A DNA stretch of 64,000 nt from Zootoca vivipara (Eukaryota): the NCBI RefSeq assembly GCF_963506605.1, contig NC_083283.1, positions 39,742,001 through 39,806,000 of the forward strand, in the 5' to 3' direction. The position numbers and the translations under genes were made by a program. The notes under the pieces are model-generated. The model saw nothing but the letters and a program-made list of their open reading frames with translations. It did no database searches and had not been told where the DNA came from. This document shows, piece after piece, positions 13,001 to 24,936 of this stretch; position 1 is the stretch's first letter; every line of letters starts with the position of its first letter.

Positions 13001-13756
13001 AGGTGAAGAACAGGGAATGCCTTTTATCAGGCCAACTTCTGTTCTGAACTCTTCATTCATCAAGAAGAACGGAAAGCAATTGATTCTGAGCCGTAAAGTG
13101 AATAAGTCTGCCTACAATTACCATTCTGTTAGGATTCTAATCAAAAATACTGTTACCTCAAATGCACATAATATACATTGTTGGTTATTATTAAAATAAA
13201 AATCAGTGTGAAGCTACCCAAATTGTTTTAGAAATGTTAGATACTTTGTTGAGCTGCTCTACATGTTGGAGCTAATCACTTTGAAGTTCTAAGGTTTCCA
13301 ATCATTTTCTGTTTGCATCAGCTTTTCCTTTCCATGGCAGTTTCTAAATGATAAACCTGTGTAAAAGTTACAACATCGACAGATGCTCAATGTAGCATTG
13401 TTTCCTATCTGCTTTGGAGACATTTTGGTTTGCTTCAGTTCACCTGACTCTGCAAAGGCAATTTCCTGCTGTAGTTTGCGTAGTTTACTTCCAATAAGTT
13501 TTTTCTGCCACAGAAAACAGGGGGGAAATGAATGGGTGTGAGGGGTGGCAGAGAGGATGGTTCGCTGTTCTAGCGACATTTCAGCTGTGGCAATAGAACC
13601 ACATCCATTTAAAATCAGCCACTAACCTAAAATAGTCAAAGTACTTTAAAAAGTATGCCTACCAATTCCCATGTCGCCATTAGTTTCCTGTATTTTCAAA
13701 GGTGGGGTACATACGGTAACATTTTGAAAGAATTTGTATGAATATAGCAGGTGTAG

Positions 13757-14418
13757 GGCAGAGACATCACCTTGCCGACAAAGGTCCGTATAGTTGAAGC
13801 TATGGTTTTCCCAGTAGTGATGTATGGAAGTGAGAGCTGGACCATAAAGAAGGCTGATCGCTGAAGAATTGATGCTTTTGAATTATGGTGCTGGAGGAGA
13901 CTCTTGAGACTCCTATGACCTGCAAGAAGCTCAAACCTATCCATTCTGAAGGAAATCAGCCCTGAGTGCTCACTGGAAGGACAGATCCTGAAGCTGAGGC
14001 TCCAATACTTTGGCCACCTCATGAGAAAAGAAGACTCCCTGGAAAAGACCAGGGCCGGCTCTAGGTAAGGTCCCTGTGGCGTGGCGTGCCAGGGCGCCGG
14101 GCCGTGAGATGGGGCGCTGCGCGGCAAAGCCAGGCAAAAGCCGGGCGGGACGCTGCGAGGACAGAGGCGCCGGAGCAATCTCCGCACCTCAGCGCCAGGG
14201 CACCCAACCTGCTCCAGACTGCCCTGGAAAAGACCCTGATGCTGGGAAAGATTGAGGGCACAAGGAGAAGGGGACGACAGAGGACGAGATGGTTGGACAG
14301 TGTTCTCGAAGCTACCAACATGAGTCTGACCAAACTGCGGGAGGCAGTGGAAGACAGGACTGCCTGGTGTGCTCTGGTCCATGGGGTCATGAAGAGTCGG
14401 ACGTGACTAAACGACAAC
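13757..14418 (+). mobile_element. RTE/BovB LINE, 5'-truncated 3' end, interrupted by a MITE
   Basis: Homologous to the copy at 42010-42811 (DITLPTKVRIV..., LEKTLMLGKIEGTRRRGRQRTRWLDSV) with tail ...GACTAAACGACAAC. Confidence 0.9.
14050..14226. mobile_element. GC-rich hAT-type MITE (CAGGGCC termini) inside BovB
   Basis: Ends CAGGGCCGGCTCTAG ... CCAGACTGCCCTG; 8-bp TSD GAAAAGAC (14042-14049, 14227-14234); removing it restores the BovB sequence. Confidence 0.9.
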
Positions 14419-15903
14419 GGGACTCCCCATGTCACACCCCATCTCTATAGGCCACATTTATCCAGTCTGGCTTTCCACCCTCCTGAAGTACTTTTGCATC
14501 CAGCTGGTGCACTCACAGAACAGAGCCAAACTTGCTGCCACTTTGTCCCTCCCCACTTATCTCATGGTAAACAACAGCAGTGCAACTGACTAGGGGGCAG
14601 GTGAGTGGCTGTGCCCCACCATGCCACCCGCTGCTGTGGTATGTTTCAAAATTGCCAGTACCAATCAGATGGAGTGTTATAGCAGGACAAGGTATGCAAG
14701 TGGTAGGCAGCTGTCTTTCTGCTCCTTGAAGCCCATGACCAAACTGAGAAATTGTTTGAATTGATCTGCAAGCCCCTTGAAAAAGCTTTCAGGAAAAAGA
14801 TGACATAAAGTTAATACAATGGCAATGTTCTGTACACTTTGAAGAAGATATTTCCCTGAACATCACTCAACTGGAGACCTTGTAAACCGAGTTCTGAGGC
14901 AAGAATCCTGGAAGATCAGCTCTGGCACAGAAGTTTCAGCAACCTGTTTAAAGTACTCACGACTTGAGGGATGCCAGGTCACCTATATTCCTAAAAGCTG
15001 CAGTGCATGACAAGCTTTGCAGTACTAAAATACTATGATGGTGTCTGGATGCTTCCATAAAGTTGTGGCAAAAGAGGTCAGCAAGGTAGTTGCAGAAAGA
15101 GGCAGGAGCTGTTGGAACAAAAGCTTCCTTCCTTCACTACAAGAACAATTACAGGGTCTTTCTGCTTAAGTTAGTCCCAAATAACAGAGATCAGCTGGAG
15201 CACAGGCTCCCTGTTAGTTCATGTGTACATGGGCTGGCCAGGACTGCTCTGGCTAATTCCTCTCAGACAGGGCTGGAGACATCAACATCTGAGACACTGC
15301 TTGGAATGAAGATCTAGTTTGGGCATGCTGAAAGTAAGACTTTGTGAGTCATGCAGGCAAAAAATATTGAAGAGGCAGGTGGAAGCATGGATGTGGGTGA
15401 AAGGGGAAAGGTCATGAGGAAAAGAGATGAAGCTGTGTGTCACCGCCAATGAACAGGTGGCGGTGAAGCAAGCATGCATGCAGCACGGGTCAATGTTGCA
15501 AATAAATCTGTGAGCAAATTGAACCATGCCTGTGAAGTTTGCAGGGAAAGAAGCATGCTTAAGTGGAAGTGAGCTCTGGTGAAGAAAAAGACAAATGGCC
15601 AAAACGCCAATGTTACCACCAACCGAACTTTATACGAAATGTTCATTTCATTGGTCAGAGTTTGAAAGAAGAAACCGTCTTCAAGAGAATTTATCCCCTC
15701 TGCCACAATTACATCCCACCAATTTTTTTTTAAATTTCCATTTGTAGCTGCCCTGAATACACTCCCCTCAACTCCCCGCAACAGACCTGGAGGGTGAAAG
15801 ATGCTGTGTTATTATACTAGTAACCATCTTCACTTTTCTCCATCTCATGCAAAATATGAGAGAGATTCTGGCCATGAAACGTTGTGCTTGCATTATTCTA
15901 GGA

Positions 15904-16039
15904 CAGGCATCCCCAAACTTCGGCCCTCCAGATGTTTTGGACTACAATTCCCATCTTCCCAAACCACTAGTCCTGTTAGCTAGGGATCATGGGAGTTGTA
16001 GGCCAAAACATCTGGAGGGCCACAGTTTGGGGATGCCTG
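15904..16039. mobile_element. Palindromic hAT-type MITE (136-bp family)
   Basis: TIR CAGGCATCCCCAAACT / AGTTTGGGGATGCCTG; 8-bp TSD TTCTAGGA. Confidence 0.92.
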
Positions 16040-16101
16040 TTCTAGGAGTTCAGCAGGGAAACTGCTGTTGGATTACCCTATGTCAGTACTAGGCCTTAAA
16101 A

Positions 16102-16348
16102 CAGGGGTAGGCAACCTGAGGCCCAGGGGCCAGATGCGGCCCAATCGCTTTCTTAATCCGGCCCACAAATGGTCCGGGAATCAGCATGTTTTTACATGAG
16201 TAAAATGTGTCCTTTTATTTAAAATGCATATCTGGGTTATTTGTGGGGCATAGGAATTCATTCCCCCCCCCAAAAAAACAGTCGGCCCACCACATGGTCT
16301 GAGGGACAGTGGACCGGCCCACAGCTGAAAAAGGTTGCTGACCCCCTG
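16102..16348. mobile_element. hAT (Charlie-like) MITE
   Basis: CAGGGGTAGGCAACCT ... AGGTTGCTGACCCCCTG; TSD CCTTAAAA / CCTTAAAC (7 of 8). Confidence 0.85.
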
Positions 16349-17316
16349 CCTTAAACTATAAGTCAGTTCCTCCCCCAACCTCCACACCTTAAAAAACAAC
16401 AACTCTTTTTTGCACTGTAACAATTGCTCACAAATAGGAATGTGACATGATGGACGACAGCAGAGGAAGACAAATTTGTGGTGGAAAACTAATGCACAAA
16501 ATGACGAAAGAATAAAATGTCTGTTTATCTGTCTGCAATTTTGTTTTCTTCATGACTGCTTTTAGTGAAGAGACCGACTATAGGCTATGGCGTAACACCT
16601 CTGCAATAACTCATCATGACTGCTGTGACCTTTGCTGCTTCAGCCAGGCTGATTAGCTGCAGATTTCTCTTTCCTAACATCAGCTGACAAGTCAGCCTCT
16701 ATGATTCTGCTTTGTTATTTTTTTTTTTTTTTTTTTTGGTATATATATCTGAATCATACAAGGATCTTTTGTTTTCCCCGTCCCCCTTTCGTGGGGAAAA
16801 GAGTAAGACGGGAATGGAAAATTAAAATAAAATATCTTTCACAATTAACCTTTCACATATTTCTTTCTTTCTTTAAGCAAGAGATCTGTTGCAGCAGATC
16901 CTATTTCCTAGCTGTGATTTGTTTTTCTAAAAAAAAAAAATCTAATTTCTCAATAGTACTCTCTTTTTTGAAACTATACAAATACTTCTCTTGTAGGCTC
17001 TTTCACAGTATAAAGAGCAAGCTATTCCTAAATACCAAGTTGTCAATAGGGCCACATTATCTGCCAGACAGTAAATAAAAAGTGGGGCCTTGGGGGGGAA
17101 AGTTGCATTATGGCAGAGGCACCAACATGGTGCCCGTGGGCACAGTGGTGCACCTATGGTCTTTCCCTGGCACCTGTGAAGTCTCTGAGCCCCTCTCACT
17201 ACCCTATTTTTCATGTGTGGTAGAGTTGCCTACCTTTTTCTCCGTTGAAATGTACATAGAGCTGAAGGAGGAAGTTGAAGCAGTAGCACTCTTCCCCATT
17301 TCCTCTTTCAACTATA

Positions 17317-17490
17317 CAGTGGTACTTCAGTTTATGAACATAATCCGTTCCAGAAGTCCATTCTTAAACCAAAACCATTCTTAAACTGAGGCCCGCTTTC
17401 CCTAATGAGGCCTCCCGCCGCCAGTGCCCTTCCACCATTTGGCTTCCGTTCGTAGACCAAGGTAAAATTCTCAAACCAAGACACCAAATC
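17317..17490. mobile_element. Truncated Tc1/mariner (Tigger/pogo-like) MITE end
   Basis: TA followed by CAGTGGTACTTCAGTTTATGAAC, matching the TIR of the element at 24937-25347; no second TIR found. Confidence 0.6.
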
Positions 17491-17915
17491 CAGCTTTTAC
17501 CCAGGTCACTTGGAAAAGTGAAGCGTGTGTGTGCACTTTCTCTTTCTGTGTCCTAAGGGACAAAGGGTTGCTCCAGGCGAAAGGAGGGGAAATGGTGAGA
17601 GGGGGTGGAATATACAGTACCACTGTATATACAAGTAGGGACCCACAACAAAATGTTGCAGGATATCCCTGTGTGATACCTAAGCCTGTGGCTAAGGGAG
17701 TTGAAAAATCAAGTTAGTATCAAAGACCAGAAAGTAAGAGGATTAGATTGTGTGTGTGATACTACACGTAGTGGAGGATCGTCTACACATAGGTGCCACA
17801 GATGCAGGACACCAATGGGCAGTTTTAACCCCAAAGCAAATACAAATTTTAGAAAATGAATTTTCCTCAGGACCACAGCAAGGGAAACAGGATTTGTCTT
17901 ACCCCTTCATGCTAC

Positions 17916-18114
17916 CAGTGGCGGAGCTTCATGATCCGGCACCAGGGACGGAGAACAGGTGGGGGCGTGGCTGGCGCGCATCCTGGGGGCATGGCACGCT
18001 GCATGAGGGGGTGTGGCGCCCAGCGCAGATGGAGTGACAGCCATGATGACACCCACCGGGATCACGCTGTTGGGGGCGGTGCGCTCCCCCTGCACTCCTC
18101 TTCCTCAGCCAGTG
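17916..18114. mobile_element. GC-rich hAT-type MITE (CAGTGGCGGAG terminus)
   Basis: Starts CAGTGGCGGAGC, ends with degenerate CCTCAGCCAGTG; TSD CATGCTAC / CATGCGAC (7 of 8). Confidence 0.7.
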
Positions 18115-18431
18115 CATGCGACTCTGTTCTGTATTTGAATCATTAGTTGGATCCACCATCTGGCTCATGATGACTAGGCTGTGCTTCCATGGGTGAAGGC
18201 AGCAGTGCTTCTGAATACCAGCTGCTGGAAATCACAGAAGGGAAATGCACTCTTGTGCTTTAAAGCTGCTTGTAGGTTTCCCACAGTCACCTGGTTGGCC
18301 ACTGGGAGAACAGGATGCTGGACTCGATGGGCTAGTAGCCTATTCCAGCAGGCTCTTCTTACTCTCCAACATTTATCCAATGAAAATAGGGACATCCCAT
18401 TTCTTAATTATAATTTTACTATTTATACCCC

Positions 18432-19260
18432 TGCAGATGGTGACAGCAGTCACGAAATTAAAAGACGCCTGCTTCTTGGGAGAAAAGCAATGACAAACCT
18501 AGACAGCATCTTAAAAAGCAGACATCACCTTGCCTACAAAGGTCCGTACAGTAATACCTCGGGTTACGAACGCGATCCGTTCCGGAACGCAGTTCGTAAC
18601 CCGAATAGTTCGTAAACCGAACGCAATGGGCGCCGCCATTTTGTGCATGCGCAAAGCGCAATTTTCGCAATTTTCGCGCTTTGCGCATGCGCAGATTGCG
18701 CGATCGCGCGCGCGCCGCTTCTGCGCACACGCGCGCGGCGAAAACACTTCCGGGTTTGCGCAGTTCGTAACCCGAACTGTTCGCAAACCGAGGTGGTCGT
18801 AACCCGAGGTACGACTGTATAGTTAAAGCTATGGTTTTCCCAGTAGTGATGTATGGAAGTGAGAGCTGATCGCCGAAGAATTGATGCTTTTGCATTGGGG
18901 TGCTGGAGGAGACTCTTGAGAGTCCCATGGACTGCAAGAAGATCAAACCTATCCATTCTGAAGGAAATCAGCCCTGAGTGCTCACTGGAAGGACAGAGCC
19001 TGAAGCTGAGGCTCCAATACTTTGGCCACCTCATGAGAACAGAAGACTCCCTGAAAAAGACCCTGATGTTGGGAAAGACTGAGGGCATTAGGAGAAGGGG
19101 ACAACAGAGGACGAGATGGTTGGACAGTGTTCTTGAAGCTACGAATATGAGTTTGACCAAACTGCGGGAGGCAGTGGAAGACAGGAGTGCCTGGCGTGCT
19201 CTGGTCCATGGGGTCATGAAGAGTCGGACAAGACTAAATGACTAAACAACAACAACAACA
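18432..19260 (+). mobile_element. RTE/BovB LINE 3' fragment with (CAA)n tail, interrupted by a Tc1/mariner MITE
   Basis: ADGDSSHEIKRRLLLGRKAM...RWLDSVLEATNM; (AAC)n tail; 11-bp TSD ATTTATACCCC at 18421-18431 and 19261-19271. Confidence 0.92.
18549..18817. mobile_element. Tc1/mariner (Tigger/pogo-like) MITE, CpG-rich, 269 bp
   Basis: TA TSD; TIRs CAGTAATACCTCGGGTTACGA / TCGTAACCCGAGGTACGACTG; removing it restores BovB GGTCCGTATAGTTAAAGCT. Confidence 0.92.
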
Positions 19261-22200
19261 ATTTATACCCCACACATCTTACTGGGTTGCCCCAGCACTC
19301 TGGGCAGCTTCCAACATATATAAAAACATAATAAAATATTAAACTTTTTTTTAAAAAAACTTCCTTATACAGGATTGCCTTCAGACAGCTTGGGGGTTGG
19401 ATAACTGCATACCCTCCAACATTTATCCAATGAAAATAGGGACATCCTAAGAAAAAGTGGGACATTCCAGGATCAAATCAGCAACTGGAACGGCTTCTCT
19501 AAATCAGAGAAGTCCCTGGAAAATAGGGACACTTGGAGGGTCGGTGATTATTAAGTCCCACTCAATATGCAATTTGGATTTTTATCACATACACAGCCCA
19601 ATAAGACAATGACAAAAATCTACCAACAGCGTACAAATCAATATGGCTAACTTGATCCAAAACACCCACCCACCCCACTCACACATGAAACAAAAACCAC
19701 CACAGCCAACCACAAATGCATAATCATACCCTAGGCCAACCCCATCTCTCACCACCAAAGGAACACAAGCGAACAACAGAAAACCTGCACAAGTGACGGT
19801 GACAACTCCCCCTCACACACATATGTTCAGTAAAATAGAAACACCGTCACCCGAACCCACCCCCACCCACCTTTCCCCCATCTACCTCTTTTCCCCCTTT
19901 CCTTCCCAATGTCTCAACAAATGAAACTGATATGGAAAAATGTTTCGAGAGACATTGCACATATTTCTGTAAACCAAGAAAATCCTTAATAATTTTTAAA
20001 AAGATGCAAGTTGGATTTAAAATAAAAATAAAAATCTACCCATTAGATGCAAAGAGACATTTGACATCACATGCAGTTTCACATTAGTGCACCATTGAAC
20101 TTACTCTTTAGGCATAAAATCCACCACGAAGGCCTTGTGCATAAGACCAAATGAACTGAATGGAAGCTGTGCAACAGCTGCTTCTTGCTCTTTGCAGCTC
20201 CCACTTGTTGCAATGACTGGTTGTTTGTTTGTTTGTTTGTTCGTTCATCATGCCTGTTTTTGTTTTTGTTTAGGTTGTAAGCTGGTATGGGACCCAGAGG
20301 GTGAAAAGAAAAATTTATCCCAGGTAGGTTCTATACAACTCAATACCATTACACCATGTAATATATGCAAATTAAAGTTTCCTTCAGCACACCAATACAG
20401 ATCCTCATTATCTGGGATAATCCTGCAATGGCCTAACACAAATTAGTATTCTAACATTCATCATCTTGTAAGCATCCCCACTAGGTTCTTGCGGGACCTG
20501 GCTTTGAAATGTTTCCATCTTGCTTATCATTTCTTTGTTCCCAAGATTCTCTCTGGACTTAATGGCAGTGCTATTCATCTTCATAATCTATATCCTGTTC
20601 CTAAAACTCTGTGAACATTATCCAGGAACCACAAACAGGCATAATATTGGTTAGAAACTTTATAACTCAGGCCTTGGCCTTCCTTCTCCTTTGCATATTC
20701 CAGATAATGAAACACTCTCACATTGCAGCTTTTGACAGGAAGTATGCGCTGTACATGCATTAGGGTTGGAATGTCACACACACAGTGAATTTTAAAAGAT
20801 AGGCTGAGAACAACTTCCTCTGTTTCCAAAATTACAACAGCAAGTAATTAAAACATCCCATTTCCTTTCCTGCCTGTGCCCTTTCCCAAGTCTGTATATG
20901 AATTTCATCAGTGGGGAAACACAAAGGAATAGTTTCAGCTATTTCCACACTACTTCTCAAAGTCTCTGGATGTTTGGATTTTGTATCTCCTCCTCTGCAC
21001 AGTTGTCTCATGGGTAAGCCTGGAGCTAATGAAAATACACGTGTGTGTGTCCATTCCTCTATCTTTCTACATAGATATAGCTAGAAACAGACTTTATTTC
21101 AAGTTTTTTTTGGTTTGTTTTTTGTTTTTGCAATTACAAAAGAGCAATACATTTCATTCACCAACATTACATTATGGACCTGTTTCAAACTTAACCACCA
21201 ATTTTCACTTACATATTCTCTTTTCAGAGATGCCAGAGATCAAACCTATAGTTGTTTACCTGTGTTTGTGTGAGTTTATCTCAACATTTACCCAAAAAAT
21301 GAAAATCATTTCCCCAAGAAGTCATCCTTGCAATTAGGGTGCAAAGCAAACCACACCTTAATAGGAGATAGCTGGGAACATTTTCATAGACAGCTGAAAT
21401 TCAGCTGCCGTTAATAAAAGGCCTCTTAAGTCACACTGTGTACTTGGAAAATTCACTTTCTCTAAGTATATCAACAGAATGGTAAGTGGTTTCAACGGAT
21501 TGTGGAACCTGTAATGGACCATATAAAGCCCATTCATATAGCTGAGGATATGTAAACATGTCCCTCTGTTACCACACCTTTCCTGATGTTTATTAGGATA
21601 TTTACTAGAGTGTGGTACTATCTTATTACTTCAACAGTGCATTCCTGTTCATTTCTACTCAGAAGTACATCCTAATGAGTTCATTGGGGTTTTCTCCTAG
21701 TTAAGTGGGTATAGGATTGCGGTCTAAAAGTGATTTCATTGATATTGATTGATGGTGGAAGAAAGGAGGTATGAAAATTCCACATTATCCTTATCCTTTG
21801 TATATAATTTTCTGCCCCTCAGAGACATTAACGAAGAAGTAGCTATAGAATGCTTGCCCTTGTTTTAAAAAAAAAATCAGAATATTGCAAACGTTCCAGC
21901 CACTTTCAAACCTCAGCATGTGCTTGGAATGATCCGAGTTTTCAATTAAACAAAACCAAGAGTTTACAAGATTTAATTTTCTCCGGGTGTCACTGTCTAC
22001 CTCCTTCATTAACACTTTTGTCTTTATTTGCTGGTGGCGTTTCAACATTTGCCACACTTAAGCTGTCTGCATGCAAGAGATGTCCCTATTGTATCTCATG
22101 TATGTCTTGGCTGCAGAGAGCGCAGGAAGCCTCCAAGGGAGAAGATGCCTGGTGTCTCCTAGCTTGAACATTTTTCATTCTGGCCTAGCTACTTTGCCTG

Positions 22201-22622
22201 CAGTGTTGCAATCCACAGGGAGGCCTTAACCTCTGAAACCTGCTGACTTAAGAATAATTGGCCAGCATGATTCCACTGTGACCAACAAGTGGAACAAATA
22301 AAATTACCCACTATTTCAGTACTGTGATTGTTCTGTCTCACTGCATGACTCCATGAGTCTCTTAGAGGAATTGACCTGCTTATAATAAACAAATTGTTTT
22401 CTGGGCTCCATTTCCAGTGCCTGTAGGGTAACTACCAAAAGACAGTACCAGTCTGTGTTGACTATATTTGTGTTTCTAGTGGTAGGCCAAATCTTAAGAT
22501 GAAGCATAAAGTTGTTCAGTCTTCGGAGCTCAGATTTGCAACATCTTATGAAAAACTGTAAGCAAAACCTTTACTAAACCACGGCTTCAATTATAGAAAT
22601 TTGAACTAGCTAGTGAATAGTT

Positions 22623-22847
22623 ACAGGTAGGTAGCCGTGTTGGTCTGAGTTGAAGCAAAATAAAAAAAATTCCTTCATTAGCACCTTAAAGACCAACTAA
22701 GTTTTTATTTTGGTATGAACTTTTGTGTGCATGCACACTTCGTCAGATACACTGATGTATCTGAAGAAGTGTGCGTGCACACGAAAGCTCATACCAAAAT
22801 AAAAACTTAGTTGGTCTTTAAGGTGCTAATGAAGGAATTTTTTTATT
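22623..22847. mobile_element. Penelope-like element remnant (inverted pseudo-LTR pair)
   Basis: ~92-bp inverted repeat (22657-22750 / 22757-22848) with reptile Penelope-type sequence (GTAGCCGTGTTGGTCTG, AGCACCTTAAAGACCAAC) and hammerhead core; 16-bp direct repeat TAGCTAGTGAATAGTT at 22607-22622 and 22848-22863. Confidence 0.8.
22757..22794 (+). ncRNA. Minimal type I hammerhead ribozyme (Penelope-associated)
   Basis: Stem I GTAT/ATAC; core CTGAAGA; extra A; stem II GTGTGC-GT-GCACAC; GAAA; palindromic AGCT stem III; predicted cleavage after C22790. Confidence 0.75.
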
Positions 22848-22996
22848 TAGCTAGTGAATAGTTGTTAAAAAACCACTGGGACTTGAACCAGATGCCTTTG
22901 GATCTGCAATCAGCTGGCCATGCAGTGGGCTAGAGGTTCATGAGCAGAAGCTTCCCTGGTTACTGATACATAGTTATAGCTATCCGCTGCTTATAC

Positions 22997-23128
22997 CAGG
23001 AATGGGAAACATTTGGCCTACCAGATGTTGCTGAACTACAACTCCCACCAGCCCCAGAAAGCAAAGGCAATGACCAGCGATTATGGTAGTTGTAGCTCAC
23101 CTGGAGGACCAAAGGTTTCTCACACCTG
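22997..23128. mobile_element. Older copy of the palindromic hAT-type MITE
   Basis: CAGGAATGGGAAAC...GTTTCTCACACCTG with internal CCAGATGTT / ACTACAACTCCC; 8-bp TSD GCTTATAC. Confidence 0.8.
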
Positions 23129-24781
23129 GCTTATACCTACTTAACAAGCACAGTATTCTTTTCCCCCCTCACTGTGCACAGGTTTCTAGTGTCTACCCAA
23201 TTTGTTCCTAATATTGTAGTTCTCTTGCCATCCAAAACTATTGGACTGGCTTCATGTTGTCCATCTTAACAATTAACATTATATTGTGTACTACTTTTGA
23301 AATGGTCGCTCATTAACAATGCCAAAAAAATTAAAACTTATGACTATTAAAATCACAAATTGATGGCCTCTAAATACAAACACGTGCTTTCTGGATTGTA
23401 GATCAATGTATATTTTGAACTTTTCAAAATGTCTTTGGTGGCAGCATCTCAACAAAGATCCAAGGAAGCAGAACATTCATGTGAGTTGCTCACTGTCAGA
23501 TTGTGAACTCTCTGTCCATTTAGCATAAACAAGTGTACCTGTTTTCCTCTGCCCAATGTTGGAGGGTGTGATAAATTCAGGGTAACTTCAGTAGACCTGG
23601 TTTAAATACACATTAGGGAAACTCAAAGCAAAACATAAGAGTGCAGGCCAAGTATTCATTTATTGGGAGGGGACAGATACTTTCCATGTTTCACACAACT
23701 TTTGACACACTGTGTTACTAGGCAATAAATTAGGTGCTCCCCTAATGAATGCATTGCTTGTTGCAAAGCTCCATTAATTGAAACGTGATTCAGCAAGGCA
23801 TTTAATTGGGTGCTCTTTCTGAACACCAACACGTGGGTGACTACAAGCTTCTCACACAGTGAAGTCTTAGAGAAAGTATGTATATAAGAAAATATGATGA
23901 TATGGGGAAACGTATTCAGGTTTTACATGTGTCTGCAAGCTGCAGATATGAGACCAACAATTCCTTTTCTGTGACTTTATTTAATTATTATGTGACAAAG
24001 CAGTGCACAACTTGTGCACATTTATCTTGAGTTTCAAACTGTTTTGCTGTTCAGCTGAGACAAATAATGATTGCATTGGTTCCTTAATCGTAGGAAAAGA
24101 GGATGATGTTTTTCAAGAAGTAGGCAGAAGTACAGCATTGGCAGAGGTGCCTTTACATTGAAAGAGAAAATAAATAGCTACTTTTAAACAGTTTAATTAG
24201 GGTTATTCCAGAGGTGCAACCACATGGCAACTCCCATGAAGGATTCTGGTTTCAGAATATTTATGCACAAATATTTCTTGTGTGTCATAAAAAGAAATGG
24301 TGGGTGTTTCATTATGGCAAAGTCTCCCTACTGTATCTCATCTCTTCACTTCCTGTGCAAACGGCGTGGAACACACTTTGTGGTTGACACAAAGATGTAT
24401 ACATCAGATGTCTGTGTAAACATTGAAAAGCAACATAAGCACATTTTGAAGAGGTAAACAAACAAGTTCTGTTTCTAAAATTCCAAATGTTGGCTGTTTA
24501 CTCAAGTCAGTCAATGCTGCATAACAACCAATGAAATTTTGAAAGAATCAGCAATACTAAATAGCATAATTTTGATCTGCTCCCTTTGACCACTCATTGT
24601 CATCCCACCACCAATCCCCTGGCTCGGAGCCTTCTTGCCCTGGGGCTTCCTTTGGGGGTTCCCCAGCTGGTGCCTCCCACCACTCCTCTGTATCCTGCCA
24701 GTCTATGGCAACTACTCTCTGAAATCCTGGAAGGCTGCTGCCACTCAGTGTAGATGATACTGAACAACAGATCTTCTGGAT

Positions 24782-24917
24782 CAGGCTTCCTCAAACTAGG
24801 CCCTCCAGATGTTTTTGGCCTACAACTCCCATGATCCCTAGCTAGCAGGACCAGTGGTCAGGGACGATGGAAATTGTAGTCTCAAAACATCTGGAGGGCC
24901 GAGTTTGAGGAAGCCTG
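24782..24917. mobile_element. Palindromic hAT-type MITE (136-bp family)
   Basis: TIR CAGGCTTCCTCAAACT / AGTTTGAGGAAGCCTG; 8-bp TSD TTCTGGAT. Confidence 0.92.
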
Positions 24918-24936
24918 TTCTGGATGGTCCTGTTTA

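Noticed and set aside
13696-14435. Long minus-strand ORFs (also 18564-19217 and 42258-42773)
   Set aside because: Antisense frames of BovB and GC-rich MITEs, not genes.
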